Shown: positions 27,257-39,200 of the stretch, piece by piece
How the letters are laid out: each line of letters starts with the position of its first letter
Position numbering within the stretch: the stretch's first letter is position 1
Source of the DNA: Sumerlaeia bacterium
Lineage (GTDB): Bacteria > Sumerlaeota > Sumerlaeia > SLMS01 > JAHLLQ01
Length of the DNA: 64,000 nucleotides
Assembly (NCBI GenBank): GCA_040219255.1
Contig: JAVJSW010000065.1
Span: forward strand, 32,001-96,000
Direction: 5' to 3'
Translations under genes and position numbers: made by a program
Notes under the pieces: model-generated
Databases searched by the model: none
What the model saw: the letters and a program-made list of their open reading frames with translations, nothing else
What the model was told of the DNA's origin: nothing

Positions 27257-30200
27257 TCAGGGAGTCCGGCCAAAAAGGAGCAGGTCGTCCTGATAGAGCG
27301 GTATGTCCGGCGTATCGACCCATTGGCTGGAGATGCCCTCGCGGCTGGGATCGTTGGCACCGTCCCAGTTCGCTTTCCAGTCGGCCAATCGAAGCCGCAT
27401 CTTCAGGTCGCAGACTTCGCCGGCGGGGATTGGCGTCTCCCATCGCAGGTCGACAAAGGCCAGCGACCCACCGCCATAGCGCTGGAGAGTGGCGGGCAAG
27501 ACGGTTCCGCACTTGCTCCAGAAAATGTCGACGGTGACCTGAGACGTATCGATACCGGAAGCGGTCACTTCGCTGGTGTCGATGAAGAAGCGGGCGGTGA
27601 TGTTCTCCGCCGCCATCGCGCTCTCGTTGTGGACGCGCAGGTGATAGCTGGTTTGCTGCGCGTTCTCGCCGGTCACTTTCGCGGTCACGCGCAGGGCGTC
27701 CTCCGGCAGTTCCGGGGTGGGTGGCGGAGGGACCTGGTGCGGCGTGTTCGACGAAGTTGTGCCCGGTTGGGTGCCAAAAACCAATTGGCCCTCCACATAC
27801 ACCGGAATGTTCGGGGCTGGCGCGAACGAAGTCGTCAGGTCCTGGAATGCCGGGTCGTTGGCGCCGTTCCAGGACTGCTGCCAGCCGGACAGACGGGGGC
27901 GGAGCTGCAGTTCACACGTCTGGCCCGCGCCGATGTCTTGGTTCCAGTCCACCTGCACGTAATAGATGTCGCCGCTCCAGGGCTGCGGCGGGGAGAGGCT
28001 GACGCTGCCACATTGGCTCCAGAACACGTCGGTGACGACGTGGCTGGCGGAGAGTCCGGCGGCGATGACTTCGCTGAGGTCGAAGTAGAGCCGCGCAGAG
28101 ACGTTCGCATAAGGCGAAGCGCCGGTGTTGCGCAGACGCAGCTTGTACTGCGTTTCCTGCTTGCTGCCAGTCCAACCCTGAAGTGCCGCCTGCATTTCGA
28201 GGGACGCGGAAATCGGCGTCGGCGATGGTGAAGGCGTGGGCGTGTCCGTCGGCGTCGGGCTTGGAGTCACGGTCGCCGATGGTGTTGGGGTCGGCGTCGG
28301 AGTCGCGGTTGGGGTCGGCGTTCCGCCGCCGGGCAGCGGATTGCAGAGGCTGCTGGGGTGGTGGTTCGACTGACCGTAGCCGGTCAGCGAGGCGCCGACC
28401 AGTGTGCCGTAGATCACGCCGTTATCGAAGGCCATGTCGGCGTGAGGAGCGAGGAGGGCTCCCTGGATGCCGACCCCGTCGAGCGAAACGTGTGTCGCGT
28501 CGGGGAAGTTATAGACGATGCGTTCACGGGTGGCCCCGTTGCGGAGGTCGAAACCGAATTGGCGCATGCGGGCGTTGGCCGCTCCGCGCACGTTCAGAAT
28601 CGCCGAGGCCCCGGCGGGGACGTCGATGGCGAGCGTGTTGGCGCTCCACAGATCGTTGCTCGGCACGTCGAATACGTTGGTGTTCGGGTCCGTACCGGTC
28701 AGGACGATCTGGGCCGTGGAACCGCCCCAGTAGTTGATCTCGACCTGGCCGTTGGCGGGCAGGGCCGCCCAGGCGTCGGAAAGGGCGAGCATTTGGGCCT
28801 CGGCGGCGGCGAAATCGAAGGGCGTGGCCTGGCGGACGTCGCCGCCGAAGCTGGTGTTGCCGGCGATCTGGGCGCTGAGGCCATAGGCCAAGGCGCCGTT
28901 GGGCACGGCTCCGTTCGAGAAGGTCAGATGGCCGCCCACGATCAGGTCGTCTCGGGCATTGCCTGCGAAGGGCAATCGGTCGCCGACGGAGTAGCTCGAC
29001 AGCGTGGCATTGCCGCCGATGGCGAAGCGGCCTTCGACGTCGGTGCCGTTCTGCACGACATCACCGAAGATCAGCACGTTGAAATCCGTGGCGATGTCGA
29101 GCGGGTTCGCTGAGCAGGGGCTGGGCGTCCCCGTGGGTGTAGGTGTGGGTGTCGCCGTCGGCGTCGGGGTCGAAGTCGCTGTGGGAGTCGGCGTTTCCGT
29201 GGGCGTTGGGGTCGGCGTGGGTGTCGGCTCGGTACAGCCTTCGAACTCGTTGGGGCCGTTGGCTCCGACCCAGAAGGCGTTCTTTGCCTCGATGTTGCGG
29301 ACGACGAGGGCCCCGCCGTCGAAGCGGCCGGAGCCGTCGAAGTCGAGGTCCGCGCCGGGGGCGTAGAGCACCATGCTGGCAGTCACCGCGCCCTTGAAGT
29401 GGATCAGGGCGCCGTCGCCGACGTAGATCGAGAGGCGGTCGCTGTCGTCCCAAATGCCGGTGGCATTGAAGGACGAGGCGCCCTTTGTGCTGAGGCCGTC
29501 GCGGGCGAAGAGGTGAGCGGTACCTGTGGCTCCGGCGATGTGCACCGAGGCGCTGCTCTCAAAGGCGAGTTTGCGGAAGGCATAGATGCCGGGTTCGAGC
29601 GTCAGGCGGCCGTTCTTCTTCACCGTGACGTCGCGATAGACGCCTGGGGCCAGGGTTGAGGTGCCCTGGAGCGTGCGATCCGCCGCCGAATCGACCGCGA
29701 AGGCTGAGAAGTCGGCGGAGGGCAGATCGAGGGCGGCGATGGCCGGATCGTAGGCGACATTGGTCGCGGTGGTCGAGCCGCGCTGGTCGATCTCGCCGCC
29801 AGCGCGAACCAACCCGGCCTGCATCGTGCCGCGAATCAAGGCGTCGCCACGGACCAGAAGGGTGCCTTCGTACCAGCCATCGAAGCCGTCGTTCAGCACC
29901 GTGGACCCGCGCAGATCCACATCGCCGAGAGCGACCACGGCGGCGTCACCGATGAGGCCGGTGGGCCATTCGCATGGAGCGGGTGTCGGCGTCGGAGTGG
30001 GCGTCTCCGTCGGAGTTGGGGTCGGCGTATCAGTCGGGGTTGGCGTAGGAGTGGGTGTCTCCGTCGGAGTCGGAGTCGGGGTAGGCGTATCCGTCGGCGT
30101 AGGCGTCGGGGTTGGCGTGGGAGTAGGCGTCTCCGTCGGGGTTGGCGTCGGGGTCGGAGTCGGCGTGTCCGTGGGTGTAGGCGTCGAGGTTGGCGTAGGC

Positions 30201-33200
30201 GTCTCCGTCGGCGTGGGCGTGGGTGTCTCCGTCGAAGTTGGGGTCGGGGTCGGAGTCGGAGTCGGTGTGTCCGTCGGCGTAGGCGTCGGGGTAGGCGTTG
30301 GCGTATCCGTCGGCGTGGGCGTGGGAGTCGGCGTCTCCGTTGCCGTCGGCGTAGGCGTCGGAGTAGGAGTCGGCGTAGGCGTCGGAGTAGGGGTCGGCGT
30401 GGGAGTCGGCGTGGGGGTCACTTCGAGTACCGTGATCGTCTCCGAGGCGAGCGCCGACGGGTTGCCGGCGATGTCGAAGGCCTGGATTTCGATGGTGTGG
30501 ACGCCGATTTGCAGATCGAGCGGCAGCGTCCAGTCGGCATGGTCGGCTCCGTCGGCGGTGAGGAGCCATTGCCAGGCGCCGCCGTCGATGCGGGCGAAGA
30601 CTTCCATCAGGCCTGAGCCCGGCGTGACCTCGTCGGCCGTGCCGGACAGCGTGACCGCGCCATCGTAGGCCGATGGCTGATCGACAGCTGTGATCGCCAC
30701 CACAGGTGCCACGGTATCGATAGCGAAGAGGGTCGAGGTGGTCGGGGCGACGTTGCCGGCGAAATCGCGCCCGTTGACTTCGAGGAAATAAACACCGTCT
30801 TCTATAGCATAATCGCCGGAGGAAACCGTGCGTAGCGGGTCGTCGCCGCCCTCGAATTCTGTGCGGGCGAGGAGGCCTTCGCTCGTGGCGACGTCGTCGT
30901 CGGCCGATGTCCAGGTCAGCGCCACCGGTGCCGTGGCGGCATTGAACCAATAGTCGACGGCGGCCGGGTGTGTGATGGAAATCAAAGGCGGCGTGCGATC
31001 GATAGCAAAGGTGATGGTGCGCGGCCCAGCGGTGTTCTGGGCGTGGTCGGTGGACTGGACCTCGAGGGAGTAAATGCCCTCGGGATAGAAGCCCACGGGC
31101 ACGGCGAAGGGTCCGTCGGCGGTGGCGACTTCGGTCCAGGTGGGGCCGTCTTCGAGGACGCGGCGCTCGACCGAGGCCACGCCGGAGAGCGAATCGCTGG
31201 TGAAGCCGGTGAAGCCCAGGTCGGTGCTGTTCGTGAGGATATACTCCGGTTTATCGAGGGTCAGGAACGGAGGTGTGCGGTCGACGAGCACAAACGCCGT
31301 GGCGGAGTTCGTGTTTCCGGCCGCATCGGTGGCGGAGAAGATCAGGGATTGGTCGCCCTCGGGCAGCGGCAGCGAGAGGTCCAGGCTGGCCGGATCGGGA
31401 CCGTATGGCGTGATGCCCAGCAGCGATTGGAGGCTGCGGCTTTCGACGCCCGAGAGGTTGTCCGAAGTGGTGGCACGGAAGGCGACTTCGCCCGCGTTGG
31501 TGGGGCTGGGGGTCAGGCGCTGGAGCGCCACCGCGGGCGGCGTGCGATCCACGATAACGGTGTCGGCGTTCGGGCGGGCGAGGCCGCGGAAGCTGAGTTC
31601 CGTGGCGGCGCCATCATAGCCCAGCGCTTCGACGCGCCAGAAACGCCACGTGCCCGAAGCGTCGAAGGTCCAGGAGCCAATGCCCGGCGCATCGTCAGCG
31701 AAGTAGTAGGACACGGGGAAGTAAATGCGGCCATCGAGGGAGCCCTCGACGCGGACTTCATAGATCAGCGACTGGGCGGTGCTCCAGAGGGCGAGGCTGT
31801 CCGCCGTGACAACGTCCGGGAATTCGAGATCGAGGACGAAATCGCGATGCGCCAGGGGCGTCGTCATATTGCCATCGAAAAGTACAGCGGGATCGGCCAG
31901 CTGGCCATTGACCGCCAGCGTGACGGTGGCGGGGCTGTCGCCCGCGAGGAGGTCGATGACGGGTTCGGGCGAGACCACCTCGAACCGCGTCCGGGTGCGG
32001 GCGTGGACGGTGCGGGGACCATCGCCCAGGTCGTCGGCCAGCATCCAAGGCAGGGCGCTGTCGTACGGCGTCCAGAGGGCGCTGTACGGATCGGGGCTGG
32101 GCGCCGGGCGGGTCTGGCTGGGCACGGTGCCCGGATTGACCTGAATATCGGAGAGTTGGAGTTCAATCCGCGGATCCACCGTTTCCGCAACCAAGCGCAG
32201 GAAGCGGGTGGTGCGATGGGTGGTCAGGGTGCCTTCCAAACGTTCAACACCGGAGAAGGCCCCTTGCGGAGTCAGGGTCAAGCGTTCGCCCACTTCACGG
32301 CCAGCCACATTCGTCTGAATCAGTGTGACCGAAGTGGCGCGGTTGGCGTCGCGGCCGAGGACCGCGCCAAAGGCGTAGTCCTGGCGGGGGCGCACAGCGA
32401 TCGGCTGGGGCATTTCCACGGAATAGGCCAACGGCAATTTCGCGAGATAGTTCAACGGAGCCAGATTCACAAGTGCCAGCGGACGGCTCCCTTCGCGGAC
32501 CGCCATTTCGTCGGTGCCTACTTCGAGGGGGAACTCGCCAACGGAGGAAACCGCGAGGGAGGCCTCGAAGCTGTTCACGTAGTTTGGCATCGGCAGCCCA
32601 GCAAGCGTGAGGAGATGAAGCTCCTCAGCGGGCAGCAGGTCGGCGGGACCGACGGTGAAGGGGGCGCTGTCGGCGGCGGAGAGCGCGCGCGCCGTGTTCG
32701 TGGCCTGGGCGGCGACGATGTAATCCTGCTCGGGCAGGAAATCGAGGACCCAATTGACGGTGGCGCTCTCGCCCGGCAGCAGCGCGGCGAGCGTGGTGAC
32801 GCTGGCCGGTTCGTAGTGCGTGCCGAGGGCGTCGGTCGCGCTGAGGGAGAGAAGCGTTCCGGCGGGCAGGGCTTCGCTGGGTGAGCCGTTGGTCACCACG
32901 GCGGTGATCTGAACCGGCTGGCCCTGATCGTAATAGCGCCGGTCCGGCTCCACATCGACCAATAATTCAATGCGGGGGATAATGGTGAACGGGGCGGACA
33001 GAGCGCTCGCACGGGTTTCCGAGGTCGCGTCGTCGATGGCCACGCCAGCGATGCGATAATCGCCCGGTGTCAGGCCCGTCGTGTTCCAGGTCAGGTCCAC
33101 CGGACCGGGGACGTCCTGGGCATACTGGCGATGAGCCAGGGACGGTGCGGGGACTTCGGCAACGAAGCCACCCGCCGCGTTTTGAACCACGAGGTCGATG

Positions 33201-36200
33201 GAGCCGAAGAAGCTGTCGTGGGTGAAAAGTTCCACCTGGAATGCGACATCGCCGCCCGCAAAGAGTGAACTGGGTTGAGGGGCGGAGAGGAAGAGGTCGG
33301 TGCTTGAAGAAGCGAGGTTGATGGCGCGCTGCACCGTGTTGTTGCCGGGGTAGGCATCCGAAATGTTGGCCACGGCGAAGACCGGCAAGCGACCGAGGGC
33401 GTCACCGAGAAGGCCGGCGGTGGGCAGGTCGAGGACGAAGGTGCGGTCTTCGTTGATGGCCCATCCGCCGGACACAGGGATGCGATGGAAGTACGGAGCG
33501 GCTGCCGTCTGCGCCCGGAATTCCAGCCAGAAGCCGGTGTTGTGGGTCGAGAACCGGTTGCGCAGCGTGACCGTGGTCGGGACTAGGTCGCCCGGGAAGT
33601 AGGTTTCCGGCGAGACCTCGAAGGCCGTGACGGCGATGTCGACGGTGGAGCCTTCGACAATGGTGACATTGGCCACGGCGATATTGTCGTTTTCGTTCGT
33701 TTCGGTCAGGAGACCGGCGGCATCGTTCATCGCACGGTCCGCGCCGAGATTGACCCGGGCGGCGTCTTGCGGAGCGGCGGGGTAATTGAAATCGCCGGCG
33801 AGATGCTGGGCGTTGGCGAAGTAGGTCGAGCCATCGGCGCCGACCCACAGGGCCACGGCGGATTGCGCGGCGCTGCCGAGGGAAGCGGGCAAGGCGGCCT
33901 GGACGGAGAGCACCTGAAGCGTGGGCGTGGTAGCGGTCGGGTCGTCCACCACAGCGAGTTCGAGATCGATGGTGTCGCCGGGCTGGAAGACGGGGAGTTC
34001 GCCTGCGGAGTCGAGCAGCAGGAGCACCGGCCCTGCCCCAGCCGCGAAGGCGGGCATGCGGATCGTAGTGCCGGACTCGGAGGACCACTCGGCCACCGAA
34101 GTGTAGGTCAGCGTATCGGGGCCGTCAGCCACGGCGACGGTGATGCTCCAGGGCTCGGCGCCAGGGGACGCAAGCTGGGGCGCGATGGCGAAATCGCCAG
34201 CCACACCCTGAGCCAAAGCGGGAGTGCGCCCGGCGGTTCCAGCCAGTGATCGAGCCGCGAGGTGATCGCTCGGGTCGAGTTCGATGTAGAAGGTGTACGG
34301 CCCGAGTTTGTCGGCGGTGGGCCAGTAGAAGTCGTGATAGTTGCCTCGATCATCGTAGACGAACTTGAACAATTCGTCCACAATAACGCTGCCCGGGTCG
34401 CCGGGGAAGCCCTGCCAAAGGCGCAATCTGGTGTCGAATCCGTCAGGCTGGCCGGCGAAGTTCTGATCGAGACCCCACTCAATGATGATGTTCGCGTCCG
34501 GTCCTTGCTCGCGGGTCGATCCCCCGTTCACTCCAAAGCCATCGACGTACAGGTTGGGCAGCGGCGGCCGGGATTGAGTGACGAGGCGCGAGTTGTTGAA
34601 ACGGCCCACCGCGGGGTGCTCGTTGAGGGCGTCGTAGGGATCCGCCACCACGGTCAGCGTGAAGGTGTTCCGGCCATCGACTTCGTATTCGAGCACCACG
34701 TCCTGGCGCGCCGGATCGCTCGGCTGCCATTCGACGATGTCTTCGTCATAGATCAGTCCATTGGCAACGCCCGCTTCGACCTGGCCGGTGACATTGCCTT
34801 CGTAGAGCGCCACGGCAGTACGGCTGAAGGCGTAGGCGTTCGCGGCGGCGGAGCGCTCGATGGTAGCGCGCACCAGCACTCGGCCGTTCTCGTAATCCGG
34901 CTCGGGGGTCGCGCTGACGACGATGGCGTCGTGGAAGAGGAATTGGACTTCCTGCTCGCAATCGAGGAGGTTGTCGTTCTCGCGGAATTCGGCGATGACA
35001 TTGTTTGGATCCGCGCTCAGGCGGAAGTCGAGCACGGGGTCGGCGAAGCTGAGCGAGGCAACCGGCACGGCGAAGCGGTAGGGGGTTTCGCCAAGACCGC
35101 GCAGGCCGATTTCCTGGACCGGGAGGCTGTCGCGGCGAACCTGGGCGGAGGGAATGTCGGAGGGGCCGTCGTTGACGAGTTGGGTGACGACTTCGATGGT
35201 GTCTTGCTCGCCCCAACGGATGGGAATTCGCTGGTCCGAACCGCACACGAGCGAAAAGCCGTTAGCGGTGAAGGTGGGGTTCCAGCGCAGGTTCGGGGCA
35301 TCGGCCGGCAGGGTCTGACTCAACGGCATGAAGGCACGATTGTTCGCCGTGTCTTCCACCGTGGAGGTGGTGACATCGAGGACGAGACCCTCGAGGCCCG
35401 AGATGCGGTCGTTGGTGAAAAGGACGGAGACGGGTTTGACGGCCTGACCGGGCAGATCGCCGAGGGCGATCCAGGGACTGACCGGCTGGATGGAGTCGTC
35501 GGCCAGAATGCGGGAGAAGCGGGCGAAGACGTTGACAAGGGGCAGGTCGCCACTGTTCTCGACCACGCCGACAAGACGGGCGGTTTCGCCGATGGCGGGG
35601 CGGCCATCAGGGAAGCCGAGGTCACCGCCGGATCCCTGGGCGGCCGGATCGTAGAAGGAGGGAACGAGGTCCGCCTCGGCGCCGCCGGGGCCTCCGATAA
35701 GGCAGATCACATCCAGGAATTCGTCGAAGGCCACTTCCAGGTTGGCGGGATCGGAAGCGTCGATGTCGAGCATGTACGGATCGCCCGGGGCCTTGCCAAC
35801 GACGACGACGCCGTATTGGTAATCGTAGATCCGGTCGCTCGGAATGACGCCCGGGTTTCCGGCGCCAAAGAGGCGCACGGGATTTGTGTCGGCGGGACCG
35901 ACGGCCTTGTAGTAGGTGCGCAGATTGCGCGTGAAATTGAGGTTGCCGCTCAAGTCGCGGTAGCGAACGCGCACGTCAGGAACGTAAGTGAGCGCTCCGC
36001 CCGGAGGCGGATAGGGTTGGAAGCCTTCGCTGGCGATCCAGGGCAGTTTGGCGGCGTCGGCGTTGCGGTCAACCAGGAGGAAGACCTCGGCCGGGCGGTC
36101 GACGCGGAAACTGGCGACTTGCTGCGTATGCGGATAGTTGACGATTTCGCCGGGTACGGTGATTTGCGTACCGCCGACGATGTGGAATGGGACGCCGCGA

Positions 36201-39200
36201 TAGCCACAGCTATCGTAAGGACAACTCGTATAATCGTAGTACAGCCCGTTTCCGTTTAATGCACAGTCGTTTCGGAGACCATCCCTCGTAACGTACATGG
36301 CTGGGAAGGGTGTATAGCTGACTTGGCTTTGAGCGCCAAAAGCTGAGTAAGGATACACGCAGAATGGATAGCTACTGAGCTGGTTCTGGAAATCAACGAT
36401 TTCCACATCGATGTTACTCGTGAAATGGCTCTCAAGAATGCGCCGGTCTTCCGATCGGAAGCCCTCACCGTAACTCATGTGCAGGTCGAGGATAAGGGGT
36501 TCAAGACCACCGGTGATTGCCTTGAGGTACTTCTTCGTCTCCGCAGCCGCCCGGAACTCGGTCTCTTCCGTTGTTTGTGCATCTTGAACGATGACGATGA
36601 TTTTCCGCACGCCTTCGCGTGCCCCCGTGGCGGATGGAGCCGGCGGTGGAGTGAGGTACTGATGCGACAGATAGAATGCCAAATCGAGGCGATCATCGCT
36701 CCAGGCATTGAGTTCTGCAAGTTCCGCATATGGGAATTCGAGAGGATTCACCAGTTCAGTGACGAGTTCAGCTTCGTTATCTAGACGATAACGAATTAGA
36801 CCAACGCGGTGCAGTAAAGGATCGAGAGATTGGACGAAGTTAGCAATAGCAACCTTGGAGTTATCCATCAAGCTGCCTGGGCCACCGCCCATCGACCCCG
36901 AGTTATCGAACAGAATCATGATATCCGCATAGGCGTTGCAATCCGCCAGATCGCGCTCGGCGAGGTTGTTTGTTTCGATGGTTTCGGCGACCTCATCCTG
37001 GAGGTCGACTTCCACCTCGATGCGGTTCACGTTGCCTTCGATGGGGATATAGAAGGCGGTGTCGCTGGGTACGCCGGTGAAGAATTCGCGGTTGTCGCTC
37101 TTGAATTCAAACGTCGCGCCGCCAGCGATGCCGCCGGTGAGGCGTTGGCTGAAGGTTCCCGCCAGGAATGGCTGATTGGTGGCCAGGTTCACGGCGTACA
37201 GGCGGACCTGAGCGTTGAACGGTCCGGAGGGCACGCTCTCGTAGTTGGTGATGTCGGTGCGGATGCGGATGGGCGTTCCGGGGCTGAGGGCGACAGCACG
37301 CTCGGGCGATTCGAGTTCGCTCCAGCCGTTGCCGTTGAATTGATCGACGCGAATGGTGATGGGCGAGACGCCGAGGTCCACGCCGGTGGAGAAGATGGCG
37401 CGGAAAATTTGACTGGCGGGGCCGGAGACAGGCTCGCCGCCGAAGGTGGCGGAGGGGCGTACGAAGAAGCGGTTCTCGCCGATGGCCGCGGCGACGCCGG
37501 TGGCGCTCCAGGAACCGTCGCTCTGGCGGGTCAATTCGCGCAGGAATTGGCCGTTCTTGTAGAGAGCAACGCTCTCGGCGCCGGGAGCGGTGGCGGCAAT
37601 GGCCAGCAATCCCGCCGAACCGTCGGCCAACACGGGCACGAAGGCCCCGTTTTGAATGGTGGTGGAGCCACGGCTGACGCGTGTGATGGCGGCACGCTCG
37701 CCGGATTGGAATGGCGCCGAAATGTCGGCGCTCTCGAGACCGGTCCGGGAGATTGTCGCCACCCGGTATTCGTAGGCCTGATTGAGCGCAAGCCCTGTTT
37801 CCTCAAAGGTGTAAGGAGAGCCTGCGGTGGCGCTGCGGTCGATGAACGCAATGCGTTCGATTTCACCGCCGCTGAGCCGCACCACGCGGTAGCCGAGGAT
37901 CTCCGAGAAGGGCAGATCCGCCACCGGATCGGAGACGACTGGGTCGCTCCAGGTCAGGCTTGCGGAATCCAGGAAGGCGTATGCGTCCACATCGGCGGGG
38001 GGCTGGATGCGCCAGAGCCGGTAGGAGCTGGAGTTGTTTTCCTCGTTCGATTCCTCGACAGCGAGGTCCGCGTCGAGGAGGAGAACCAGGTTGGCGCCCG
38101 CGGGAGCCGGCGGATCGATGACGAGCGAAACTTGGCGGGCCGCTCCGCCCGCCATCGGCGAGACCGAAACGCGGCCAAGGAGCGCGCCTGTGGCGGAGCC
38201 TTCGCGGACCTCGAAGGCGAAGGGGACCGTTACGCCGCGGGGAGGATTGGCGGCGAAACCGTTCGTGACTATGGCGCTGACGAGGGTGAAGTCAGCGGTC
38301 TGAAGCGCCCGGACGGAGCCGGTCTCGAACGCGAGGTCTGGCGCGGGGCGCGACGGATCGTCCTGGATCACGGCGGGCGAGCACGCACGATTGTCGTTCT
38401 CGTCACTTTCGATGATGGCCGAGAGCGGGTCGGCCACGGCGCACAGTGTCGAAACGCCAACGGGCAGCGGAACGTTTTGAATGCGCAGTTCCAGCGTTGT
38501 CCGGGCCTCCAGGGACTCCAGCACGTCGCCCCAAAGGATCTCGCCCGATTCGTCCCGGACGAGTTGCACTTCCACGTTCGTGAAGGGCTGGGAGGCCTGA
38601 TTTTCCAGGGTCAGGACGGCTTCCGCGGGAAACGCGGCGGAGTCGCCCTGAAGCGTGCCGAGGGCCGGAATCAGCTCCAGGCCGAGCATGCGGAGATTCG
38701 TCGAGGTCTCACCGGTAAAGGGAGTGATTTCAATATTCAGAGTCATCGAGTCGTTGAACGGCGAAGCGTCGGCGTTGCCAGCCAGATCGACGTGGATGAC
38801 ATTGAGGCCTTCGATGAGAGCGAGACCTTCGAATTGAGCCCACCAGACCTGGGTCGGTTGGAGACGCTTGTTGACCGCCTGGACGCCCAGCTCTCCCCCG
38901 CCGTCTTCCGTCAGTGTCAGGAACGGCACATCGCCGAGGCCTGGGTAGGTCACCGTTCCGGACGTATTCTCGACGCCGATTCGGAGGGTCCACAAGCCGC
39001 CGCCTTCGCTGAGCAATTCAAAGCGCTCGGGCGAAAGGGCGAGGTCGTAAGTCGTTTCAGCGGAGGGATCGAGGACGGCGGCTCCGGCCGAGGCGATGTT
39101 GTTCGATTCGTCGCCTTCGGCGATCACATTGTCCGGATCGACCTCAAAGCGCAGCGACGCGCCCGGGGCGGGCAAGGCAAGGCGGAAAATGGCGGACGCC

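Noticed and set aside
29981-30418. Dense short repeats that could be mistaken for a CRISPR array or VNTR
   Set aside because: They have 6-nt periodicity with synonymous variation and encode a Pro/Thr linker. There is no repeat-spacer structure and no cas gene.
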